From Eledone cirrhosa (taxonomy: Eukaryota), in the NCBI GenBank assembly GCA_964016885.1, contig OZ024741.1, forward strand, positions 136,710,001 to 136,774,000: a DNA stretch of 64,000 nt, read 5' to 3'. The notes under the pieces were generated by a model. It was not told the origin of the DNA and did no database searches. It was given only the letters and a program-made list of their open reading frames with translations. Position numbers and translations under genes: made by a program. This document shows, one piece after another, positions 51,429 to 64,000 of the stretch; position 1 is the first letter of the stretch, and every line of letters begins with the position of its first letter.

Positions 51429-52400
51429 TACAGGGTGTTTCAGATTTATAGGGAAATTGTTTCTTTTGGAATCATCTCATGTTGATTGCGCCCTGAATCC
51501 CTTTTACATAAAAGCTACACAAGCGAAAATACGAGAAGATACGGATATATTTAGGAGTTATACAGTTGGGTCCTTTTAGAATGTATGGCAAAAAAATAAA
51601 CGAAAAACATTTTCTTCAACATTTGTTGATTGTAACCAGGTTCATCTACACCACCACCGACTACATCAAATGTTTTCTCTACCATCACGTCTAATAATTT
51701 CAGTTGACGTAAAAAACACTGGCCAGAAGATCCAGGAAGTGGGGGGGGGGGGGAAGTATCCCTACCAAAATGGAAAAAAACATCAGTACTTCAGTCGATA
51801 AATTGTATAAGGAATATCAAGGACTGAAAAAATAAAAAAGAAAGATGAAGAACGACTGACAAAGAAATTGTAAAGAGTGAAATTTGGAAAGGTGATCTCG
51901 AGGAAATGAAAGGATATCTCATCTGAAGACAAAGCTTTCCATGAGACACAGCAAGAAGATCGGATGTCTCCATTCATGACTGGTGTTGATGCAGAACATG
52001 TGAGAGCTATTAAGAAGGAAATGAAGATTCACGACATAAAAGTAAGAAAGCAGGATGAAGAAGTCAAAAGGATTTCTGAGAAAGTAGCTCTTGAAAGTTC
52101 ATTAACCAGCTTAGCTATTAGTGATGATGATGATAAAATCATCAAGTCCGCACCAACTCGAAAATCACCACGATTAAAGCCGGCTCTCGACACCTTTCTT
52201 GTTGCCATGTGGGAACGAGAGCAACTTTCGATACGACAAGTAAGTACTTCTTACATCGCAATTGCGAAAAATCTTGGTCATGATGTGTCTGAACTCTCGA
52301 TTTCTCCCTCAAGTATTTAATGATTCTACCAAGAATAACAATAAAAAAAGTTCCTCCTAAAAATTGTTGCGGAGTAGAGGAAACAAGTGCCCTAGAGGAC
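51429..52400 (+). mobile_element. DNA transposon remnant (superfamily uncertain)
   Basis: Starts TACAGGGTG. ORF 51964..52320 ends ..QLSIRQ...IAKNLGHDVSELSISPSSI, reminiscent of transposase N-terminal regions. Confidence 0.4.
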
Positions 52401-54794
52401 AAAGGACGCCGTTTCCGGTTATAAATTTCATTCATAAAAAATCTTTCTCTCTTTAACCCCAATATTATTGTGTAGAATGTATTGCTCCTGCTTATTTTCA
52501 TTTCATTTCCTTCTGCCGTGTAGTTTCCTCATTGGATTCAGTAAAGTAAACAGAAAGGACAATATACTATAGGTGAGATTCAAAACATTGCCATAAATAA
52601 AAAGATGTGAAAGAGTGAAATCTCTAAATATTATTCTATTGACCTATAATTCGACATATTTTATAATTGGACAAATATTATTCGATTGTCTTATAATTCA
52701 ACATATTTCATTTATTTCAACTTAAATACGGGTGGAATCAACATGAAATCATTGGCGAATAGTTTGCAAAATGGAACACCCTAATATATAGTGCATATAT
52801 ATTGTTTATATACCGTGTATATTGTGTATATGAGTTGTGATATTATTGGTACCAAGCCGTGTCGGCCTTTGCCGTTCGCTAGAATAACACTGATGATGCG
52901 GAGAATGGAAAAGCTGGTATGCTTGAGTGACTGCCGGTCTTCCACAAATTCACCTTTCCTAAGCTTATGTCTTGGAGAGGAATTTTCCAATTATAACTAA
53001 AGGTGTTTGGTTCTTTTTATTTAATGCAATGTACCTGGCTGCGATGGACTGGTGTCATGTTCAGGGAAGTCTTGTACTCTCAGTCGCTTAACGCCACGTA
53101 AACTTGGATAAGCACCAACCTGGTGAGTTTCAGGGCTCGAGAGAGACTTTAGACTTTAGAACGTACCTGGCAATTAAGTATATAATAAACATTCGGTACA
53201 GGATACCTGATGATAAAAGCAATTGTTATTAAGACCTACCACACGTAGATCAAGAAATAACACAAACATATTGACACAGTCATAACATTCAAGGCAGCGA
53301 AGTCCGACGCCAGGGAATTTAGTGCCCTAGATTAAATCTACAATATCTTTTCAGTTTCTTTGGATTAAACGTTAAGCGCAAAATTAATCCTTATTATTAA
53401 AATAACCCACCATAGGCTTGTTGCAAGTTTTTACTATTTACTTTAAGGGAAAATGTGGTTTGGAGAATATCAAAAATTTATTTCAGTAGAATGCATGCAA
53501 ATATACACAATGTATATATAGAAGAAAAAAAAGTGGGACAAGACGTGTACACTCAACCATATGGTCAATGGACGTGGGGGTTTCCCCCTAATACTTTTTG
53601 AAGCAAGCTTATACATTCGCTGCAATGCGGCAGGTGATAGCGAGGCTAAGACACTGGAATAACCAAGCACTCTCGTGAACATCATCTAATACGTCGGTAT
53701 ATATGGCAAGCCGCCAATAATGACATTGTTAGCCGCTCAGCTCCCCTTTGCTTTCCATAAAACATCATGCCAGAAACTATCCAGAATATGTGTTGTTTAT
53801 TATTTTATTTTATTTTTTTTACATTCTTAGACGCATTTATTCAAAAACAAAACACACTATTAAAGGGAACAAAAAAAAAGAAGAAAAAAAGAAAGAAAAT
53901 TAGAAGAAAACGAAAAAAAAAGAATCAAGCAACAAAAGAAAGGGAGAGACACTGCTCCCCAGTCTGGGTGGTGTCTCAGCCACATCCCGCGGAAAAATTG
54001 ACAATGGCGTTACCGCGGAGAATGGCCAGAGAGACCCGCGTCGTGTCTTTCTTTATTAACGTTTTTTTACCCAAACACCCTAATCCTTTCAATGCAGAAC
54101 AAATACATATATAATTTGGTGTTAGAACCAACATTACCAATCGATTCTCGATTCTCGTGAGAACCTCAAATATAAATTCTGCACAATATTTCTAGACACT
54201 TTGAAAATAATTTAGTTTTTTTTTTGTTTTGTTTTTTCTCTTCACAGTGGAACTTAATATTATAGAGAACGGATATCAATACGTTCGACTTATTTGAATA
54301 GGAGGCTGAATTTATATTGCTATGTATCATATATTTCATATCAATCCAAACTTGATATTAGCCTGCGGGAAATAAATTTCTTTTATGTATTATATATTTT
54401 ATCTTATTTCGCAATATTTTATGTAAATCACAGAAAAAAGGTAACAAAACTATAACGTATAGAAATTAAAACAATAAAATGATAAACTAAAACAAAATTA
54501 TATAAATACGTTCTCCGGTTAATCTATAATCAGTAATCGTAAATAATATTCTTTGTAGATATATATTTAAAGCGGTTTAACTCATGCGTGTATATTAATA
54601 AGAGGCTATATATTATAAGGATATTTTTTTTTAATCATCTTAAGATTATTTTTGTTAGAAAATTATATTAGAGTGAAATATAATATTTATCACATAAATT
54701 TGTTGCTGTATAGATGCGAAATATTTCTTCCGAAACTTTTGAAATACACGTATATTTACACCCACGTGAACACTAACGTGTGTTAGACTGCGTT

Positions 54795-55120
54795 GAAATC
54801 GCATGGCTTAGTGGTTAAAGCATCGGGCTTACAATCGCGAAGTTGTGAGTTCGATTCTCGGATAGGGCTTTGTATTGTGTTCTTGAGCAAGACACTTTAT
54901 TTCACGTTGCTCCAGTTTACTCAACTGTAGAAATGATTTGCGACATCACTGGAGCCAAGCTGTATCGGCGATTGCCTTTCCCTTGGACAACAATGGTGGA
55001 GTGCAGATGGACGACTGCTGATCTTCCACAAACAACCTTGCCCGAACTTGTGCCTCGGGAGGAACTTTCTCGGTGCAAATCCCATGATCATTCGTGGCGG
55101 AAAAGGGGATATTTACCTTG
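54795..55120 (+). mobile_element. SINE S2
   Basis: gcatggcttagtggttaaagcatcggg...gagttcgattc...ttgagcaagacacttta. Confidence 0.75.
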
Positions 55121-55725
55121 GACTTGCGTTGATACGACGATGAGTGTTACAGTCTTTCGATTCATGGAACAACCTGCTCAGGAAATAAAACGTGCCAATA
55201 GCTGTGAATTCTACAGGCACGTGTATCTTTAATGTTCTTCTGGGGAAAATTCAGCGTGACACAGTGTGTGATAAGGCGCGTTTTGCCTGTGAATATATAT
55301 GTGTTAAAGGCGGATAGTTGGCAGAGTCGTTTGAACGACGGATAGAATGCTTTACGGTATTCGTTCCGGCTCTCTTCCTCCTGAGTTCAAATCTCACCGA
55401 AGCCAACTTTGCCTTTCATCCATCCGAGGTCGATTAAAAGTTACCAGTCTAGTACTGGGGTCAATTCGTCCTCTATATCTCTTCCTCACTTCCATCCTTT
55501 CACTCTATCCTTCTTTGGGTCAAATCTACTGGGAAATAAATATGCACTGCATATATATTATTATATTTGGTATATGTACGATCTGAGTTCAAATCCCGCC
55601 GAGGTTGACTTTGCCTTTCATCCTTACGGGGTCGATAAAATAAAGTACCAGTAATGCACTGGGTAATTGCTGGCCTTGTGCCTAAAGTAGAAACAATTAT
55701 ATTTGGTATATGTACAGTATAAATA

Positions 55726-55799
<74 letters not shown>

Positions 55800-55805
<6 letters not shown>

Positions 55806-56135
55806 ATATAAAACGAAAAATCAGTGATGCATCTGAACTCAATTTATTGTGTGTTACAATTGTTTCGCCGGCGGACAGCTCGAGACACGATCATTGTGTG
55901 GATCTGTCTGATTCTGGATCCGCAGGTTCGACGGACACGTCTAATGATTTCGGAGCAAATTCTTTCACTGATCGCGTCTCGAGCTGTCCGCCGGCGAAAC
56001 AATTGTGACACACAATAAATTGAGTTCAGATGCATCACTGATTTTTCGTTTTATATTATATCATACTCTACTCTGTAAGAGCATAGAGTGCTCAACCGGC
56101 ATACCGCCTATGGGAGCATCTTAGCTACCATCAGA
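55800..56135. mobile_element. Two-armed inverted element with HHR 3' half and ACTC/GAGT motif
   Basis: ~92-bp arms at 55803-55894 and 55966-56060; CCGCCGGC-GAAA-CAATTG-T(A/G)-ACACAC. Confidence 0.75.
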
Positions 56136-56151
56136 CACACACACACACACG

Positions 56152-56242
<91 letters not shown>

Positions 56243-56533
56243 TATGTATACTATATATGATGTCCGAGGGAAAGGCAAAGGCCGATACAACTTGGCACCA
56301 GTGACTTCGTAACTTATTTCTACAGTTGAGTAAACTGGGACAACGTGAAATAAAGTGTCTTGCTGACGGACACAATGCATCGGCCGGTTCTGGAATCGAA
56401 CTCACTACCTCACAATTGTGAATTCAACTCTCTAAGTCACGTGCATATATCTATAAATATATAAATATATGTATAGTCACGCGCATACATATACACTTGT
56501 ATACCTATTCATTATATATACACGCACACACCG

Positions 56534-56621
<88 letters not shown>

Positions 56622-56715
56622 TATACATAGGCATACATATATATGTGTGTATGTGTGCTTGCGCGCGCTCGCGCGCGTGTGTGTGTGTGTGTGTCTCGTG
56701 TGTGTGTGTGTGTGT

Positions 56716-56827
<112 letters not shown>

Positions 56828-57379
56828 TTGTAGTTATCATTGTCCTCAATACACGGTAAAGAACCGATTGTTGTCATGGACAATGTTGTGATATAGTTTC
56901 ATAGAAAGAAGAAAAGAAAATTACTCCCATTAATCAAACATGTTCATTTGTGAAATTAATAAAACACGACGTTTAACTTATATTGTGCCACATCCCAAGC
57001 TCCCCCCAAGCCCCCAAAGAAAATACCACCAGGTAGCGATTATTAGTGAATAAACTATGAATAAATCAATAGATTGATTGCAATAGTAGACTGACAGAAT
57101 AGTTGAATACATCAACAGAGTTTTGTCTTAGTTTGTCACCAATTTCCAAAAGCAATTTGTTAACATTTTATACAAAATTTAGTTTTTTACGTCAAATTAA
57201 ATTTTTTATATAAAATTTCATATTTTATATAAAACATAGCTTTATTTAATACAAAATTTCGACTGCAAAATGGCAGAATGCTTTAATGGCATTTATTCCG
57301 AGTGTATGCGTTTTGGGTTGAAATCCTGCCGAAGTCAGCTTTATTTTTCATCCTTTCGAGGCGAACAAATAAATTACAG

Positions 57380-57560
57380 TGGAGATATTTCTGGTGTCTT
57401 TGGCCCTTGGACCACCTCACTAATCACCACCATTGGGCAAAGGGTTAGCTACCTGCTGGAATGGCTCTTCCAGCGCATCTCCCTCACCATCCTCCAGGCG
57501 AATGCTATCTCTATTCTGTCCGCCGAGGCTGCGGGACGGCTATCGCGTGGGCTCTCATTT
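57380..57560 (+). mobile_element. CRE-clade RLE LINE 3' fragment
   Basis: SGVFGP....I..IG.R...WLFQRISLTILQANAISIL C-terminal motif. Confidence 0.65.
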
Positions 57561-58283
57561 GCTCATATTAGTGAGAGTTGGAGAGAGCAGGAGAGATGGA
57601 GGCAGTGACAGTGGGAGTTTGGTTCCTTTGTGTTCGGACCTAGTGTATATGTATATATTTATTTACCACACCACACACACATTCTCCAAGACACCAACAG
57701 TAACAACAAGATCTAATTGTTAAGCTGTTGATTTCTGATATGTCTGTGTTTCTCTCCCTCTCTCTCCCTTCTCTCTCTCTCTTTCTCTCTCTCTCTTTCT
57801 CTTTCTTTCTCTCTCTGTCTCTTTCTCCCTCTCTCTCACATACACAGAGTCTAGTACCTCTTATTCACTATCTCTCACTTTTTACTCTGTCTTTCTTTGG
57901 AATATGTTGCCTAGAAGTTTGGTTTCACCAGGTTTAAATGCCACGACGGCGTCTCTATGACTCCATGGATATAGAATTCAACATTTTATATAAAATTTTA
58001 TATAAAATTTAACATTCATGCAATATTCAACTTCTTTATATAAAATTAATTTTTTATATAAAATTTGGCTTTTATCTTTAAATTTTATTACGAATTTTGG
58101 AGTGAACATTAAATGCCTCTGTAAAGTTGTTTTAAAGTTATTTTTAATTGTTTCATCATCATCTTCGTCCACGCTAGCCTGGGTTAGACGGGTTTATTTT
58201 AGTTTGTTTATCGTTTTATGACTGGTGTTGACTAAATCCATGACTTTATTGTATAGTGGGTGTGTAGTGTATGGAAATAAGTG

Positions 58284-60850
58284 CAAATCCCGCCGAGGTC
58301 AACTTTGCCTTTCATCCTTAAGTGGGTTGATAAAATAAAGTACCAGTAACGCACTGGAGTCGATTTAATCAACTTTTTTCTATCTCAAGATTGTTGGCCT
58401 TCTGCCTAAATCATAAACCAGTGTTACTGTTGTTGTTGTTGTTGTTTTTAGTATTGTGTACAGTATGTAGGAAGATTGACAGTGTCGGTAGAGCGTTGGG
58501 CGATATGCTTTGCGGCATAGGGTGATGGCTCTTTATGCTCTGAGTTTAAATCGCGCTGAGGTTAGCTTTACCTTTCAATCTTACGGGGTCGATAAAATAA
58601 AGTACCAGTAATGCACTGGGCCGATTTAATAGACTTTCCCCTCCTTCAAAAATTGTTGGCCTTGTGCCTAAATCAAAAGCGATTATTGTGTACGGTATGT
58701 GTTTTGTGAGTTGGTGTTATTTCAGTGGCTTGCGTTGTTTTATTTTATTAGGTACTTATTGTATAGGGGATATGTTGTGTTTGGAGATGAGTTCAAATCC
58801 TGCCGAGGTTAGTTTTGCCTTTCATCCTTACGGACTCAATAAAATAAAGCACCATAAAATAAAGTACTGGGGTCGAAATAATTGACCACCCCATCAAAAA
58901 AATAAAATAAATTGTTGGCCTTGTACCTAAATCAGAAACCATTATTACAAGACAAAGTAGAGCGGTAGATTGGCGGTATCGGTAGAGAGTCGGACACCAT
59001 GCTTTGCAGCATAGAGTTAGGGGCCTTTATGATCTGAGTTCAAATCCTGCCGAGGTTAACTTTGCCTTTCATCCTTACGGGGTCGATAAAATAAAGTACC
59101 AGTCACGCACTGGGTCGATTTAATCGACTTTCTCCTCCCCCAAAATTGCTGGCCTTGTGCCTATATAAGAAACCATTATTACAAGACAAAGTAAGCCAGT
59201 CGCACTCAAAAATGACTAAAGAGAGAGGTGTCCTTCAAAGGTCGAGCAAAAGTGGCAAATTTCTACATTGCTTCAGTGGTATACTGCCCCTGTCCGCCGT
59301 ACCGTGCCCCCAAAACACCTGGCCAGATTAGAAAGCATGCACTTCCACTTTTGTGGTAGGGACGAACCAGTAGTAGTAGTAGTAGTAGTAGCAGTAACAG
59401 CAGCAGCAGCAGCAGCAGCAGCTAATGAGAACATTCATAGATCAAACTGTGGTTTAACGGTTAAATTATACTCAAGCTGTGGAACAAATTATTTCTAAAT
59501 TATTTACAATCTTCTAATTGAAAATTCTCCCCGAAAAAGGTTTATCTATTTCCTCACTGATTAAATTTCCCCATTGATAAATTGTTTTAGGGAAAACAAA
59601 TCTTTTGTGTTGATCCATAAAGTTACGGAACAGATATATTTACAAACACAAATGTAAGCACAATCACAAAGACATACACATATACATATATGTACATACA
59701 CACATACATATATGTACATACACACATACATATATATACATACACGCATACATATGTACATACACACATACATATGTACATACACACATATATGTACATA
59801 CACACATACATATATGTACATACACACATACATATATATACATATACACATACACATATGTACATACACACATACATATATGTACATACACACATACATA
59901 TATGTACCTACACACATACATATATGTACACACATACATATATGTACATACGCACATACATTATTATATACACACATACAACTATATAGGTTGTGCGACA
60001 GTATGTTTGTATTTTAATACCTGAAACCAGCAAAACAATAGAATAAGAATCATGATAATTAATATTGTTAATGAGAAGAAAAGTCGAAATTTTTATTGTA
60101 AAATAAAGTACCAGTAACACACTGGGTCCATTTTAATAGACTTCCCCCTCCTCCAAAAATTGTTGGCCTTGTGCCTAAATCAGAAACCATTATTATTATA
60201 ATACCTAAGGATAGGGCGGTGGATTGGTAGTATCGGTAGAGGTTCGGACGCCATGCTTTGCAGCATAGAGTTACGGCCCTTTATGATCTGAGTTCAAATC
60301 CCGCCGCGGTTAACTTTGCCTTTCATCCTTACGGGGTCGATAAAATAAAGTACCAGTCACGCACTAGGGTCATTTTAATCGACTTTCCCCTCCCCCAAAA
60401 TTGCTGGCCTTGTGCCATTATAAGAAACCATTATAATACCTAAGGGCGGTGAATTGGCAGTATCGGTAGAGCGTCGAACAATCTGCTTTGCGGCTTAGAG
60501 TTACGGCTCTTTACGTTCTGTGTTCAAATCTCACCAAGGTTAGCTTTGCCTTTCATCCTTACGGGGTCGATGAAATAAAGTACCAGTCACTCACTGGGGT
60601 CGATTTAATCCACTTTCACCTCCCCCAAAAATTGCTGGCCTTGTGCCTATAGTAGAAATCAGTATTATTGTGCCAAATGTAGAAACAATTGTTATAATAC
60701 GTTCTCTATTCAAATTCTGCCGATGTCAACTTCGCCTTTGATCTTTCCGACTAAGAGCGATAAAATAAAGTACCAGTAAAGTACTGAGTTCGATTTAATC
60801 GATTTTCTGTTAACCTAAAATGTCAGCGTTGCGTCTAAATTACAAACCAT
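58284..60850 (+). mobile_element. Cluster of ~8 co-oriented S1 SINE copies
   Basis: S1 matches starting ~58284, 58470, 58788, 58963, 60100, 60214, 60444 and 60705. Confidence 0.85.
59675..59960. repeat. Minisatellite, ~20-24-bp unit (catatatgtacatacacacata)
   Basis: Direct observation. Confidence 0.85.
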
Positions 60851-61077
60851 CATTCTCGAATTCATCAGTGGAGAAAAAGATACAGAGCCGAGTTATTCGG
60901 ATATATTTTCTGCTCTCGGTTTCCATTGAAACCTAAATAAAATATCACTCTTTTTTCTGTCATATATTTAAAGATTAGTTTAATTTTATATTCTCGCGTA
61001 GGTTTGTATTAGCCGCTCTTCTGAGATCATTATCGCACATTAACAATATCATCACCAACAAGTTCGATGACAATAAC

Positions 61078-61137
<60 letters not shown>

Positions 61138-61922
61138 GATGACGATAAAAACAACAATAACAACAACAATAATTTAACATAAACAAACATTGAAAATTGT
61201 GTATTTCATTAGAAAATGAATAGCTTTGAAAGCCACCAATTATTCCAATCAAGAGGTTTGATTTCCCGAAAGATAGACTCATTTTCTCAAATAACTTAAT
61301 AAATATGTATAATAAAAATGAAATAGTATGCAGCTATCGGAATTAGTCTAAAGGAAATGATATACAGAAACGGCAAGATTATAGTAGTTTTAATCATATT
61401 ACTAAAGACCGCCGGCAATAAAAATAGACTTCTCAATGTTTTACAGCAAATCTATTTATATAATACGCAAAACTTCAACAGTTCATCCCCAGGGCATTAT
61501 TAACTGCTGGTAGGTGGTTTCAATGCGAATGAATTCGACAAACACATTGAAAGAATTAAAAGTATTCTTTGATATTTTAAGGATTCCTTGAACAATTAAT
61601 ATGCCAACAATACGAAGAACAACGAACATAACTTAATTACATTATAATATATCGCAGTTTGTTATTTATTCGTAATTATGATAAAATATATTTCCGTATA
61701 AAAATGATTTGAACTGTGTAACAGTTTTTAAGACAATTCGTTTAAATAAATGTTTTTCGTTGTTTCATTAAGTCAGTTAGTTTAATAGGTTGGTAAAGTC
61801 AAAACAAAATGTTATCGAGCATAGTATGGCTAATAAGATAGCTAGTATATATATATATATTTACATATATATATAAATACATATATTTACATATATATAT
61901 AAATACATATATTTACATATAA

Positions 61923-62076
61923 GCAGAAGGGATATTTAAATTGTTGGTAATTCAACAAATATAAATGTTTAAAACTCTACAGTTTTTCTGGAGTATAATA
62001 TACAATGATATTAAATAAATGGAAACCACATTTATAAAACCATATTTATTCTATTATATATATTTCAAGGGTACCA
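61923..62076 (-). mobile_element. H1 family single arm truncated inside the HHR
   Basis: aaatggaaacc..atttataaaaccatatttatt..atttcaagggtacca matches H1. Confidence 0.7.
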
Positions 62077-62090
62077 ATATATATATATAT

Positions 62091-63086
62091 ATGAATAAAG
62101 TTAGTCCTTCATCAGTGATCTTCCAACCATCATTGGTATTTCATCGCTTTAAAGACCATATACCTCCGGTTGGTGAGAGCAACGGCTAAAAATAGTCGTT
62201 GGGACACGTAAATAAAGGGGACACGAGAGTGTAAACAAACAAAGATGGTGAAGCAACGAAAAGTGAGGAAGAACGAGTCAAGTCCCAAATTTCCATGAAT
62301 ATTAGTTCGGTGAAATCGTGAACGAGAGAGAATAAAGACCATCAAACCTGGTTGGAATGTGAGCAAGGAAGGAATTCCGTACAGGTCTAACGGGAGGAAG
62401 AAGGAATCTAGTCTGTGAATTCGGTGAACATAAGTTCTGTGAAATCATAGACGAGAGAGAGAAAAAAGGTGAACCAGCCTGACCAAGCGTGCGAAAGAAA
62501 AGAATTACGCACAGGTCAAACGGGAAGAAGGAGGAGGAGGAGAGGTAGTAACAGAGAGTGAGTGAGTGAAGGGTGAGGAAGAGGCTAACAGAGAGAGTGA
62601 CTGTTAGAGAGGGTAAAGATACAGAGAAAGAGGAAGCAGTAAGAACGAAATAGACGGGTCACAGCGGGGGAAAAAATATGTGTAAATATGAGAATAAACG
62701 TGCTGCGTGGTTGCAAATGGGTTACATATGAATAAAGTTAGTCCTTCATCAGTGATCTTCCAACCATCATTGGTATTTCATCGCTTTAAAGACCATATAC
62801 CTCCGGTTGGTGCGAGCAACGGCTAAAAAAAGTCGTTGGGACACGTAAATAAAGGGGACACGAGAATGTAAACAAACAAAGATGGTGAAGCAACGAAAAA
62901 TGAGGAAGAACGAGTCAAGTCCCAAATTTCCATGAATATTAGTTCGGTGAAATCGTGAACGAGAGAGAATAAAGACCATCAAACCTGGTTGGAATGTGAG
63001 CAAGGAAGGAATTCCGTACAGGTCTAACGGGAGGAAGAAGGAATCTAGTCTGTGAATTCGGTGAACATAAGTTCTGTGAAATCGTA

Positions 63087-63089
<3 letters not shown>
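62091..63089 (-). repeat. Partial tandem (637-bp period, 362-bp direct repeats) with HHR 5' half, in (TA)n
   Basis: 62091-62452 matches 62728-63089; minus strand has CTGATGAAGGAC in each copy, but no matching GTCC-GAAA was found. Confidence 0.85.
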
Positions 63090-63158
<69 letters not shown>

Positions 63159-63163
<5 letters not shown>

Positions 63164-63745
63164 ATAATAATAAATTTGAAGACTAAAATCCAAAGAGGGC
63201 TCGATAAGGATAAATATATATCAAATATATAAGAACCGTAGAGCAAATATTTATTAAAATAACAGATTAAAGTTTAAGCAAAGAATCGTTGCTTTCACCC
63301 TTAACGGGATCTTCTGAAACTAACAGTCTGTGAACGCAGTCTGTGAACGCAGAAGTGAATATTTCAATAAACGTTGCAACCGGGGGAAGACAGGAAGACG
63401 ATACATTGGTTCGTGGAAACGTTCCCTGGCAAAGAACGGGAAAAAACGAATATAATACGTCATTATTTGGAGCGGTGAAAAACAATTACACGCAAAGACA
63501 AAACCATGTTTATGGTATAAAAGAAGTACCAATACATTAGTTAAATACCATTCTTTCATCGTTACAACTTATATCCACATTAATGAAGTTGTAGACTAAT
63601 ATTCTATTAGGTGGTTCATAGAGACCTTCTCTGGCAATGAACAGAAAAAACGACGATAATACGTCATATGTGGAGCGGGGAGAACAATTGCACGCAAAGA
63701 CAAAACTACGTAAATGGTATAACTGAAGTCGTAGACTAAAATTCT
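63159..63745 (-). mobile_element. Second copy of the CAGAAGA-HHR element
   Basis: Reverse complement of 41745-42197; HHR at 63271-63321. Confidence 0.8.
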
Positions 63746-64000
63746 AACTAGGAAACCGAATGATTCTCGGCTTCAGAGCTAAGAATAAAGTAAATAAAAT
63801 ACAGAGGTAATTGAAATTAAATAAATACATACACGCATCCATATACGTACATACACAAGCATACGCAAAAACACTCGCCATAGGTATACAAAAACACGCA
63901 CGTACACAGAAAAAAAAGAAAAAAAAACCCGCACGCACATACAGAACCCACGCAACGCCTGTACCCGCACGCATACGCATGTATACATCAAATACACATA

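Noticed and set aside
58284-60850. CRISPR-like or tRNA gene array
   Set aside because: Repeats are ~200-bp SINE bodies with irregular spacing; there are no cas genes and no intact cloverleaf.

Overview
Eukaryotic, AT-rich, microsatellite-dense intergenic or intronic DNA with no recognisable host gene. The repeat repertoire suggests a cephalopod (octopus-like) genome, which is an inference. Almost all coding signal is transposon-derived: five Penelope-like elements (PLEs) or PLE remnants, four R4/Dong-clade RLE LINE copies (one nearly intact), several RTE LINEs, Vingi-, Hero- and CRE-like fragments, a deleted mariner and many tRNA-derived SINEs. The most interesting signals are as follows. (1) A GIY-YIG PLE at 33.6-38.0 kb has an upstream coiled-coil ORF1 joined to the RT frame by an in-phase U_UUU_UUA heptamer, suggesting programmed -1 frameshifting. 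(2) About 8 unrelated short non-coding families carry type I hammerhead ribozymes (HHRs), sit in (TA)n, and are often built as two opposed arms whose 3' ends point outward; one is circularly permuted, like a retrozyme. (3) A shared, covarying RCTC...GAGY-RCT hairpin lies downstream of the HHR in these otherwise unrelated families. (4) A Dong subfamily is flanked by (ATAC)n rather than the canonical (TAA)n. All ribozyme and structure calls were made by eye, and element boundaries are approximate.
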